A stretch of 64,000 nt of DNA from an uncultured Bacillota bacterium (GTDB lineage Bacteria; Bacillota; DTU025; MWDF01). The stretch lies in assembly GCA_963823655.1 (NCBI GenBank), contig CAWGMK010000012.1, positions 103,028 through 167,027 of the forward strand, in the 5' to 3' direction. A program made the position numbers and the translations under genes. The notes below the pieces were generated by a model. That model did no database searches. It was not told the origin of the DNA and saw nothing but the letters and a program-made list of their open reading frames with translations. Numbering within the stretch: the stretch's first letter is position 1; each line of letters begins with the position of its first letter. This document shows positions 22,014-31,117 of the stretch, one piece after another.

Positions 22014-22130
22014 GTGAACAAGACGCGCGGCAGATGGATAGGCGGTATGGCCGCAGAGGTGGCCTATACTGTCGTTTGCATGCTCATCGGGCTTGCGCTG
22101 TGTGCCTTAGTGTACATGGCGGTGAGGTAG
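22014..22130 (+). CDS. unannotated ~38-43 aa single-TM peptide in the trk operon
   Basis: GTG...TAG reads MNKTRGRWIGGMAAEVAYTVVCMLIGLALCALVYMAVR; the RBS-preceded ATG at 22001 is probably the true start, offset by one indel. Confidence 0.55.
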   Translation: MNKTRGRWIGGMAAEVAYTVVCMLIGLALCALVYMAVR

Positions 22131-22133
22131 GAT

Positions 22134-23651
22134 ATGGTCTCTTTTACTGCGAAAACGTCGGATTACAGGCTCATTTCATATTATATCGGCCGCATAACGC
22201 TCGGCATCTCCATCCTGATGGGCATACCGCTCGTAGTTTCCCTTGCCTATGGGGAATGGTCCAGCGCGCTGGACTTCCTCATCGGCGGGATTGCGTCTTG
22301 GTGCGTAGGAAAGGCCTTCGAGCTAATCGGAAGCCGTGACAAGCAGGCGGGCTGGATACACGGCATGGTGGCGTCCTCGCTTTCGTGGATAGTAGCCATG
22401 GTCCTGGCTGCCATTCCCTACTACCTGAGCGGGCATTTCGTCAGCTTCCTCGATGCGATGTTCGACACGATGAGCGGCTTTACTACGACGGGGCTTGTCC
22501 TTGCCCAGGATTTGGACCACCTCTCCATGGGAATGAACATGTGGAGGCATCTGATAACCTTCGTGGGCGGGCAGGGGATGGTCGTCCTTGCGCTCACATT
22601 CCTGTTCAAGACTTCAGCCGGCGGATACAAGATGTACGTGGGCGAGGGCAAGGATGAAAGGCTGATGCCAAGCGTACTGCATACTTCAAGGGAGATATGG
22701 AAGATAAGCCTCATCTATATGGCGATTGGGACTTTCGCGCTTTGGATAGCCGGGCTTTTCATAGGGCTTTCCCCCCTAAGGTCCTTCTGGCACGGGCTTT
22801 GGGTGTTCATGGCCGCATGGAGCACGGGCGGCTTCGCGCCGCAGTCGCAGAACATCCTGTTCTACCACAGCCTTGTATATGAAGTGGTCACGATGGTGAT
22901 CTTCATCATCGGTTCGTTCAACTTCGCGCTGCATTATGCAGTATGGAGCGGCGACAGGAAGGAGACCTTCAGGAACATCGAGACAGTCTCCTTCATAATC
23001 ACCTTGACTTTGCTTAGCGCCCTTGCGGCTTACGGGCTTGGCAGGACCGGCGCTTACTCCTCTTTGCTGTCATTATTCAGGAAAGGCTTCTACAACCTGG
23101 TATCGGGGCATACGACTACGGGCTTCATGACAATATACGCCCAGCAGTTCATTAACGAGTGGGGAGATGCCGCACTTTGGGCGATTTGCATCATGATGCT
23201 CATCGGCGGAAGCGCCTGCTCTACCGCAGGAGGGTTCAAGGGGCTTAGGATCGGACTTGTTTTCAAGGAGCTCATCCATGAGGCAAGAAGGATGCTGGCG
23301 CCGGAAAATGCGGTGATCGTGCAGAAATACAGGCACATTAAGGATACGGTGCTTGATGATAAAGTTGTGAAATCGGCCATGACAGTGATTATTCTGTATG
23401 TGCTGACTTTCCTCATGGGCACTCTTGGCGGCATACTCTCAGGCTTTGGGCTGAAAGAAGCGCTGTTCGAAGCGGCCTCTGTTACAGGCAACGTCGGCTT
23501 GAGCTGCGGAGTAACTAGCGCTGCAATGCCGGCCGGCCTAAAGGTGCTTTACATTGCGATCATGTGGGTGGCAAGGCTTGAGTTCATCTCCGTAATCGCC
23601 TTGCTGGGGCTTCTTTTCTCGGGATTTAGGAGCAGGAGGGCAAAGGCATGA
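22134..23651 (+). CDS. trkH: TrkH potassium uptake membrane protein
   Basis: pore loops SGFTTTG, STGGF, TTTGF, GNVGLS; IGGSACSTAGGFKGLR. Confidence 0.95.
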   Translation: MVSFTAKTSDYRLISYYIGRITLGISILMGIPLVVSLAYGEWSSALDFLIGGIASWCVGKAFELIGSRDKQAGWIHGMVASSLSWIVAMVLAAIPYYLSGHFVSFLDAMFDTMSGFTTTGLVLAQDLDHLSMGMNMWRHLITFVGGQGMVVLALTFLFKTSAGGYKMYVGEGKDERLMPSVLHTSREIWKISLIYMAIGTFALWIAGLFIGLSPLRSFWHGLWVFMAAWSTGGFAPQSQNILFYHSLVYEVVTMVIFIIGSFNFALHYAVWSGDRKETFRNIETVSFIITLTLLSALAAYGLGRTGAYSSLLSLFRKGFYNLVSGHTTTGFMTIYAQQFINEWGDAALWAICIMMLIGGSACSTAGGFKGLRIGLVFKELIHEARRMLAPENAVIVQKYRHIKDTVLDDKVVKSAMTVIILYVLTFLMGTLGGILSGFGLKEALFEAASVTGNVGLSCGVTSAAMPAGLKVLYIAIMWVARLEFISVIALLGLLFSGFRSRRAKA

Positions 23652-24148
23652 GAATGAAGGTAGCCCTGGCTGTCATTTTCCTCATATGCGCCTCGGCGCC
23701 CTTATCTGCGCAGATTGTCACTTGCCAGCAGCTAATCAATGAGGCTGCCGTCTGGGATGGGAAAACTGTATCCATCGCAGGGGAAGTCGTCGGGGATATA
23801 CTCAGGGCGGGTAAATTCGAGTGGCTCAACGTGAATGACGGGACCAATGCGCTTGGAGTATGGACCGATACCTTGGATGTAGAGGGCATGGAAATCGTGC
23901 CCGGCAACTACAGCATCACCGGCACTTCCCTGGAGGTTGAAGGAATATTCAATCGTACATGCAGCCTGCACTCAGGAGAGACGGATATACACCTTGTCAA
24001 TGTGAAGGTGGTCGGAGAACATAATGAAGTGACGCATCCGGTGGATGGGGACAGGCTATTGTATGCTGCCATTTTATTAGGGCTTGCAGCAGTTCTTACA
24101 TGGGCAGTCGCCTCAAGAAAGAAATCATCCAGGGGAATGAAAGCCTAA
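23648..24148 (+). CDS. exported OB-fold-like protein with C-terminal membrane anchor
   Basis: signal peptide, DGKTVSIAGEVVGD..WLNVNDG...VEGIFNRTCSLHSGETDIH, C-terminal TM. Confidence 0.7.
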   Translation: MRMKVALAVIFLICASAPLSAQIVTCQQLINEAAVWDGKTVSIAGEVVGDILRAGKFEWLNVNDGTNALGVWTDTLDVEGMEIVPGNYSITGTSLEVEGIFNRTCSLHSGETDIHLVNVKVVGEHNEVTHPVDGDRLLYAAILLGLAAVLTWAVASRKKSSRGMKA

Positions 24149-24179
24149 TAATCCGCAAACTACATATCAAAGCTTACAG

Positions 24180-24209
24180 GGCCGTTTCCGTTTGGGAACG
24201 GCCTTTCTT
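24180..24209 (+). terminator. trk operon terminator
   Basis: GGCCGTTTCC/GGGAACGGCC followed by TTTCTT. Confidence 0.75.
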
Positions 24210-24297
24210 ATTCAGGCACCGCATCGGCAAATCTCAGGCAGCCGCTACCATCATTCTGATCTTGTTATGGACCGGCCCTGCCCAAATTCCGGACTTT

Positions 24298-24354
24298 TGT
24301 TAACATTGTGTGAACATCGAGCAGTCCGGGAACACTTTGGAAGCTCCGTTCGTA
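24298..24354 (+). promoter_or_regulatory. ECF-type promoter with upstream 11-bp-spaced direct repeat
   Basis: GGAAC(24329-33)-N17-CGTA(24351-54); TGTTAACA(24298) and TGTGAACA(24309). Confidence 0.55.
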
Positions 24355-24361
24355 GTTATAA

Positions 24362-24682
24362 GTGAACGGGACGAAAAGGACCAAGAGGATTGCAACCGGG
24401 GCCTTCCAAAGGGAAAGAAAAGCAAGGGCACACGGCGGATGCCGGCAAAGGATGTGGTCAATGAGTAAGGGAATTTTCGGATCATCAAGTTTAGCGGGTA
24501 AAGGTAAGTCTGATACAGCGCCGGAAGGCCCCGTTCACATAGAGCCAGAGGCGAAATAAGAGGAAACAGGGATTTCAAGGGACACAAGGAATGCTAAGGA
24601 CAATTCGGGTCTACCTCACTTCAATACTGTAAGCCACATGAAGACAGCTGCCGTCAAGGGTGAGATGGCAGCTGTCCTTTTT
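24362..24682 (+). ncRNA. candidate GGA-rich small RNA (CsrB/RsmZ-like)
   Basis: own promoter and plus-strand terminator, no credible ORF, 14 GGA in 24369-24600, long-range stems. Confidence 0.5.
24643..24682 (+). terminator. intrinsic terminator oriented for a + transcript
   Basis: GACAGCTGCCGTC/GATGGCAGCTGTC (G.U pair only on the + strand) followed by CTTTTT. Confidence 0.7.
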
Positions 24683-25338
24683 CATATTAGTTCCTCGTAA
24701 TCGCCTGAAATCACCAGGTTGAAGTCCCTTACGAAAATGCTGTCGGCATCGGTTGAGGAGCTCAGCTCGCAGTAAATGACGATTTCGTACCATTCGGCGA
24801 AGTAGTCTTCAGCGGAATAGCCACCAACTAATACATCATTTATGTAGCACCTATAGTAATTGCCCCTCTTGGAAATCACTATCTCGTTCTCCCCGGGGTT
24901 TACGAGCCCGGGTATGACAGGCCCCATTGCGACGCGATTGACGCTGCTTGTGACCTTTTCGCAGAGCTTTATTATCTGATCCAAAGGATTGCCCAGGTAC
25001 ATCTCAAGAGCATGATACAAATTGAATACATTGTCTACGTCGGTGAGCATCACCTTGAAGTAGGCAAGCTCAGTGTTTTCGCACGCAGATAGCATATTCA
25101 TCGTTATTGTTGCGTTGCCCTTAAGCCTGAATGGGAATATAACGGCCCTTTCGTCCATCCATAGGCCCTGGACACCCACGCCCATGCTTCCCGGGCCGTC
25201 AGTAATCCATGAATATTCGCCGTTCTCGAGATCAAGTTCATCTTCGAAGCTGAAGAAGAAAGTAGTAGTCCCGCAGCCTGCCAGGCAGGCAAGTAATATG
25301 AGCAGTGCGGCGACACTCGCAAACCGATAAGGTTTCAT
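24682..25338 (-). CDS. hypothetical lipoprotein (beta-rich)
   Basis: lipobox LAGC after a hydrophobic signal; GGAGG RBS; lower GC. Confidence 0.75.
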   Translation of the reverse strand: MKPYRFASVAALLILLACLAGCGTTTFFFSFEDELDLENGEYSWITDGPGSMGVGVQGLWMDERAVIFPFRLKGNATITMNMLSACENTELAYFKVMLTDVDNVFNLYHALEMYLGNPLDQIIKLCEKVTSSVNRVAMGPVIPGLVNPGENEIVISKRGNYYRCYINDVLVGGYSAEDYFAEWYEIVIYCELSSSTDADSIFVRDFNLVISGDYEELI

Positions 25339-25358
25339 GTTATCACCTCCACTTCCAT

Positions 25359-25385
25359 ATTTGATGAGAAGGCCCGAAATCCTTC
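25359..25385 (-). promoter_or_regulatory. sigmaH-like promoter
   Basis: GAAGGATTT-N11-ATCAAAT vs consensus RNAGGAWWW-N11/12-RNNGAAT. Confidence 0.4.
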
Positions 25386-25450
25386 AATATCGCCAACAGT
25401 GCAAACAATAAAACAATTCTATGAGCAGAGCCGCCCTGCAAACGAGGAGT

Positions 25451-25487
25451 AAAAGAAACCGGGGTGCAGTTCAAGGCCGCACCCCGG
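25451..25487 (-). terminator. ABC operon terminator
   Basis: CCGGGGTGC/GCACCCCGG followed by TTTCTTTT on the minus strand. Confidence 0.7.
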
Positions 25488-25510
25488 AATTATGCCTTTA
25501 AGTTTCTCGC

Positions 25511-26389
25511 CTAAGCTGACTTCTTGTGAAGCAGCCTGACTACAGAAAGCACGAAGAACAGCACGCCCGATGCCAGAATGTAGATGAGCATCATTGGGAT
25601 CTCTATGGGTTTGCCGCTCAGGTGCAATGTTATGCCGTATATCTGGGAGAACTCCGAGACGACGTCCGCGGGAGCACCTGCAAAGGCAAGTTCCATCGAT
25701 CTTGCCATGTACAGCTGCCTCATTACGGAGGCGCCATGGGTCGCCGGGACGAGTAGTATCAGGCTCTGAATGAAGTTGGGCAGAATGCCGATCGGCACAT
25801 AGACGCCGGTCACGAATCCTATCATGGTCCCAACCAGGGTGCTGAATGTCGAAAATGCCGCATTGGACTTGAAGAAGGAGACTATGAGGAAGTTGAATGA
25901 TGAGAAGGCCAGCACGTTTAGCACTATGAGTCCTAACACCTTAAGGGCATTCATTGCACTAATCAGCTCGCCTCCTCGCATGACTATGTAGCCCTGCGAG
26001 ATTACGAATATGAACGCCCCTATGAAGATGCCTATCGCCCACGCGGAGAGAATATAGCCCGCTACAAGCTGCCAGCGCTTTACCGGGGCCACCAGGAAGT
26101 CGCGGTTTATGCCGCGGTCCTCGTCGTTGACGAGCACTTCAAGGGCGCCCAGGGTCGTCGTCATGGCATTTGCCACCAGGACCCCCGCCATAATCCAGGT
26201 GTCCGCGAAGAACCTCGCCACATTCGGGTCGGGGACGTAATCCTGAAGGGACTTTACCATGGTGTCCCCAAGGAATAGGACATACAGCAAAATGATTATG
26301 ATCACGGACAGGAATGAGAAGAAGACCGAGGTCCTGTCCCTGAGGAAGACCTTGATGTTCCTGCCTGCAAGCTTCAATGCAACTTCCAT
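25511..26389 (-). CDS. ABC-2 type exporter permease
   Basis: RNIKVFLRD..VFFSFLS, DFLVAPVKR, GFVTGVYVPIG. Confidence 0.88.
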   Translation of the reverse strand: MEVALKLAGRNIKVFLRDRTSVFFSFLSVIIIILLYVLFLGDTMVKSLQDYVPDPNVARFFADTWIMAGVLVANAMTTTLGALEVLVNDEDRGINRDFLVAPVKRWQLVAGYILSAWAIGIFIGAFIFVISQGYIVMRGGELISAMNALKVLGLIVLNVLAFSSFNFLIVSFFKSNAAFSTFSTLVGTMIGFVTGVYVPIGILPNFIQSLILLVPATHGASVMRQLYMARSMELAFAGAPADVVSEFSQIYGITLHLSGKPIEIPMMLIYILASGVLFFVLSVVRLLHKKSA

Positions 26390-27325
26390 CTACTCCGCCT
26401 CCCCTTCGCGGATTTTCCTGCCTGTTATCGCAATGAAGACGTCATCCATGTCGCCTCTTAGGACTTCGAAGCCCTTGATGTCGTCCGAAAGGCCATTTAG
26501 GATTGACAGCGCTTCTAAGCTGTCCTTCAGCTTTACCTCAAGCACGTCAGCCTTTACTTCAAAGGCCCTGCCGGCCCCCTTGAGCGAAGTTTGGACCTTT
26601 TCCATGTCCTTTGGCATCAGCCTCAGCTTGTCGCTGCTGTACTTGAGCCTCAGGTCATCCGGGGTGCCGCGGGCCACTATCTTGCCATGGTCGATTATGG
26701 CGACGTCGTCGGCGCTTGCGGCCTCCTCCATGTAGTGGGTGGTGAGGAAGACGGTTACGCCCTCCTTCTGCTTGAGCCCGTTTATGGTCTCCCAGATCCT
26801 GGCCCTCGTCTGAGGGTCAAGGCCCGTCGTAGGCTCGTCAAGGAATAGGACTTTGGGGGTGTTCATTAGTGCGCGGGCGATGTCAGCCCTGCGTTTCTGT
26901 CCTCCGGAGAGCTTGCCGTACGGCCTGTTCAGATAGTCTTTGATGCCTGTGACTTCTACGACCTGGTTGAGCCGGGAAGCCACTTCTGCCGGGCTCTTGC
27001 CGTAGAAAGCGCCCCTTATCGCCAGGTTCTCCTTTACTGTCAGCAGCCTGTCCAGAACCAAATCCTGGAAGACGACGCCGATATCGCGCCTGATGGCCTC
27101 GTCATGCGAGCCGACCTGGTTTCCGAAGACGCTTACTTTCCCTGATGTCATCGCCAGGATAGTACAGATGATATTTATGGTCGTGGACTTGCCGGCGCCG
27201 TTGGGCCCTAGGAATGCGAATAGCTTGCCCTCTTCGACTTCAAAGCTGATGCCGTCCACCGCAGTCAGTTTGCCGTAATTCTTAACCAGCCCGCTGACCT
27301 CGATCGCCTTGGCCAAGCCTAACAC
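26390..27325 (-). CDS. ABC exporter ATP-binding protein
   Basis: GPNGAGKST, LSGGQKRR, LFLDEPTTGLD, TTHYMEEA. Confidence 0.93.
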   Translation of the reverse strand: MLGLAKAIEVSGLVKNYGKLTAVDGISFEVEEGKLFAFLGPNGAGKSTTINIICTILAMTSGKVSVFGNQVGSHDEAIRRDIGVVFQDLVLDRLLTVKENLAIRGAFYGKSPAEVASRLNQVVEVTGIKDYLNRPYGKLSGGQKRRADIARALMNTPKVLFLDEPTTGLDPQTRARIWETINGLKQKEGVTVFLTTHYMEEAASADDVAIIDHGKIVARGTPDDLRLKYSSDKLRLMPKDMEKVQTSLKGAGRAFEVKADVLEVKLKDSLEALSILNGLSDDIKGFEVLRGDMDDVFIAITGRKIREGEAE

Positions 27326-27441
27326 CTGCTTTCAAATTTGGTCTTATGAGTATTAAGTATACGAATAGTCCGGCATTTCACAATATTTATTTGAAGGCTA
27401 AGGTAGGCGCAGCCTATTGGGCTTTATGGTAAATTGTAGAT

Positions 27442-28742
27442 ATGTTGGCTTCCGGAGGCGCATCCATGATTAAAAAGGGCGGGTTGGCGAACCCTTGGTT
27501 GATTTTTACCATAGGGGCTATGTCACATTATGCAGTCATGTTCAACAGGACTGCCGTGGGGCAGATGTTCCCACAGCTTATGGCCGAATTCAATACGACG
27601 GGTGTGGGCCTGGCAGCGCTTTCGAGCATCTACTACTACACTTACGCCATAATGCAGGTTCCGGCAGGATCCCTCGCCGATACGCTAGGACCTAGGAAGC
27701 TCATGTCATTTGGCATGTTCCTGGGCGCTTTGGGCTGGTTCATCTTCGCCTCGGCGCAGTCGCTGGCAGTAGCCTCAATGGCGAGGCTCATCTCCGGTTT
27801 CGGACTCGCCGGCATATTCCTCGGCCTTCTGAAATCCATATCGATATGGTTCCCGGCGAAGAGGTTCGGAACGCTCACGGGACTTAGCACATTCTTCGGC
27901 AACCTCGGCGTCGCGACAGCGATGTTTCCGTTCGTACTGCTAGTAGGGGCCATAGGCTGGAGGGGCGCGTCATATACTGTAGCCTGGGTAACCCTGACGA
28001 TAGCCGTTCTTATATGGCTGCTGGTCAAGGATGAGGGGCCATACGGAACAGGCCCCAAGAAGGCGGATTTCGCCTCCACAATGAGGACTATTTTTAAAGG
28101 CACAGCTGAGGTGTTCACCACGAAGGGATCGCTGCAGCCCTTCTTCGGCTTCCTTCTAATTTTCGGCGGACTTATGACATTCACCGGGCTTTGGGGAGTG
28201 CCTTTCCTTATGCAAGTGCACGGGATACCCCAGTCTGTGGCAGGATCGCTTCTTGTGATCACCACGGCGGGAGGGGCGACGGCTGCCATGTTCGTAGGAT
28301 GGCTCACCGACAGGAGCGGAAGGCCGAAGCTGCTGTTCACGATACTTGCGAGCTTCCAGGCCATCGCCTGGATAATGCTGCTTTTGAGCATGAGGGCCGT
28401 GGGCAAGGATATACTGTGTATTTGATAGGAGCTGCCATGCTGCTGATGGGATTCAGCAACTCCTCTTTCCTGCCGGCTTTCGTAATCATGAGAAGGTGCA
28501 ACAGGCCTGAGCTGTCAGGGCTTGCCCAGGGCCTGAACAACGGCTCGGGCTTCGTGGGGGCAATCGCAATGCAGGCGATCGTAAGCGCGGTCATGGACTA
28601 TAAATGGAAAGGCGCATACTTCACGGAAGGCGTCAGGCTCTACTCGATGGACGCCTATAAGGCTGGCTTCCTTATCTGCTTTGCGGCCATTTGCCTGGCC
28701 ATCGTGTGCGGCATGTTGATGCCCAGGGATACGAAGAGATGA
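27442..28742 (+). CDS. MFS transporter; frameshift near 28415
   Basis: YYYTYAIMQVPAGSLADTLGPRK motif A, GLWGVPFL. Confidence 0.85.
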
Positions 28743-29221
28743 CAGACGAGATAAAAATCGGCAAAGTGAGCACCAGGCCCGCAACCGTTGAGGACCTGGA
28801 GTTCATGCTGGAAGCCTACAGGCTGAACTTCAGGGCAATCATCGAGGAGGCCCGTGGCTGGGACGATGATATCGAAAGGCAGTCGCTGCTCAATGAGATG
28901 GAAAAGTCGGACTACCTGATACTTCGATATGATGGGGAAGACGCAGGGTTCGTCTGCCTTGAAATACATGACGCGGCTTATATAAGAAACATAGAGGTGC
29001 ACCCGGACTTCAACGGCCGGGGCATCGGCACCCTGGTGCTCAGGTGGCTCATGAAGAAGGCTGCAGGGAAGCCTATAAGGGTCGCGGTAACGGAGAAGAA
29101 CCACAAGGGCATGGAATTCTACACTAATCTGGGTTTCAGGCCGGTGGGGGAGATCACCCTGCCGCTTAAGGGCTCACGCGGGCTTCAGCTTCTGAAGAAG
29201 ACATTGATGCAGCTAAACTAG
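28739..29221 (+). CDS. GNAT N-acetyltransferase
   Basis: VHPDFNGRGIGT, N..GMEFYTNLGF. Confidence 0.88.
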   Translation: MTDEIKIGKVSTRPATVEDLEFMLEAYRLNFRAIIEEARGWDDDIERQSLLNEMEKSDYLILRYDGEDAGFVCLEIHDAAYIRNIEVHPDFNGRGIGTLVLRWLMKKAAGKPIRVAVTEKNHKGMEFYTNLGFRPVGEITLPLKGSRGLQLLKKTLMQLN

Positions 29222-29244
29222 CCAATATATCGTACTTGGTACTG

Positions 29245-29284
29245 AAAAGAGGTCGCCCCCCACAATGAGCAGGGGGCGACTTCT
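29245..29284. terminator. bidirectional terminator
   Basis: AGAGGTCGCCCCC/GGGGGCGACTTCT between convergent genes. Confidence 0.7.
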
Positions 29285-29306
29285 GTATTAAGACTTGGCT
29301 ATGCGG

Positions 29307-30856
29307 CTAGAACCACTTGTCATCGTACTTTACTATTAGCGCTTCTGCCAGTTTCCAGTACATATCAACCGCCAGGTTGCACCTTGAGTTGGTGTAGTTG
29401 GTGAGGAACTGGACGCCCAATGCGGGGCTGGCCTTCAGAAGGTCAGCAGCAATCTTCTCTATTGTGGGCTGTACTGCCATCTGCTCCGCTTCGAAGGGGT
29501 CACGCACTGCCTTAACGTCTTTGATGCAGTCCTGGTACCTCTGGTTGACGAGGTTGTCGACGAAGTCGAACGCCCACCACGCCGAGACTCTATCAGTCAT
29601 GCTGAACTTGGTCCTGTCGTTGATGGCGAAGTTTGCAGGAAGCGATGTCGCGCCTGCGTAAATGGGCACATGAACTGAAGTGTCGGGGTTGTTGAGCCCA
29701 AACCAGCAAAGCGTGCCGAGCTTGGGATCAAGCCAGCTTCTCGACTGCAGTACTGTGAAATATGAGCAGCCGGGTATCGCTATGTTGCGCTCTGACGGAG
29801 CATCAACCAGCTTAAGGGCTTCACTGCTCATATGCGGGGTCGCGAAAACGCTCTTTGCGAAAACGCCTTTGCTGTCGGCAACGTACCAGTCGTTTACATT
29901 GGCCTTGTCATATGCCGTGCCCACGTATGTATCCCTGTAGATGTTGAAATAGTCCTGCACGGAGACCTTTTTCTCTACTTTAACCGAAACGGGAAGCGGG
30001 ATGCATTGGCATCCAGCTTAAGCGACGGTGCGAAGGTGGAAAGGACTCTCCATTCACGCCTTCTGCTGCCCAGGGATACGCTCGGGTTATAGGCATCGTA
30101 GAAGAGGAATGGCGTGCCGCTCTTGGGATCCCACCAGCCCTTTTCGGTCGCTACGCTGAATACGTTCGAGGAGTACAGGTAATTGGGGTCGTTCTCCTTG
30201 ATTTCGCCAATCCTCGAGCGGTTCGCAGATACTCCGACATGATCGTCGGGAATGCGGACTGCGGCCCATATCGCGCCGGTCACAAGCGGTCCGGGCGGTA
30301 CGATTTCGAAATGCCATACTTCATTCTGGTCGCCTACGGTAAGGCATTCGCCTGCATCCCTGTAGCCGTACCTTTCTGCCGCGGCTCCCATGATCAAGAC
30401 TGCCTCGCGGGCGGTCTTAGCCCTTTGAAGTGCAAGTATCTGCAGCATTTCGATGTAGAAGATACCATCGGTGGTCTTCAGTTCGCTGCGGTTGCCGATA
30501 GTGGTCTCCCCCATTATGACTCCCTGGTCATTCATGTAGGGATAACCGGCATAGAAGTAGGTGTAAGTCTCAGGCGCCTCGGGTATCTCTCCCAACAATA
30601 TCGGCTCAGCCCTGTCGGAATGCAGCAGGCCAGAGTAGACCTTGAATGTATCGGTTGCTGCATGCTTTGTTCCGAGGACGACGAATGTGCGCGCGTCGTA
30701 CCAGCCGTCACATGTATGCGCGGTCATTACCGAACCGTCGACGGTTGCAGCTTTTCCCATCGGGATGGACGTACACGCCAGGAATGGCGTAGCGGCAATG
30801 AGCACAATAGCCATTGCCACGATGACGGAAAGTCCCAGTTTCAGGCTCCTTTTCAC
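29307..30856 (-). CDS. exported C69-family dipeptidase; frameshift near 29980
   Basis: signal peptide plus ACTSIPMGKAATVDGSVMTAHTCDG, MGETT, ALQRAKTAREA, RREWR, SAWWAF. Confidence 0.88.
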
Positions 30857-30893
30857 GATAGACACCTCCATATATTCTGGTTGCCATGTCTGA

Positions 30894-30920
30894 ATTCTTC
30901 AATCGTAGAAGGATTCCTGT
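30894..30920 (-). promoter_or_regulatory. sigmaH-like promoter
   Basis: ACAGGAATC-N11-GAAGAAT upstream of the C69 gene. Confidence 0.5.
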
Positions 30921-31117
30921 GTGCCATTGGATAAATATGCGAAAATAATCACTATTTCAATGTATATTTTTTAGTCCAAAGGGCGGCGGCAAATGCATAT
31001 AAAAAGTAAGACATACAAAGCAACCAGAGTATAAAATATAAGTACCGGGCTGACTTGGGCAGCGAGGCCTGTTAGGCAAGCCGCGCGAGCCTGTCCGATG
31101 AAGAAAGGGAGGGATTT

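Noticed and set aside
24362-24559. 65-aa ORF inside the candidate sRNA
   Set aside because: No RBS (starts at the predicted +1), no recognisable composition or motif, and does not explain the GGA cluster 3' of its stop. Not fully excluded as leaderless.
31040-31110. Structured 5' UTR of the C69 gene (TTGGGCAG/CTGTCCGA stem) as a riboswitch or ribozyme
   Set aside because: No consensus of a known riboswitch, T-box or hammerhead core; no expression platform seen.
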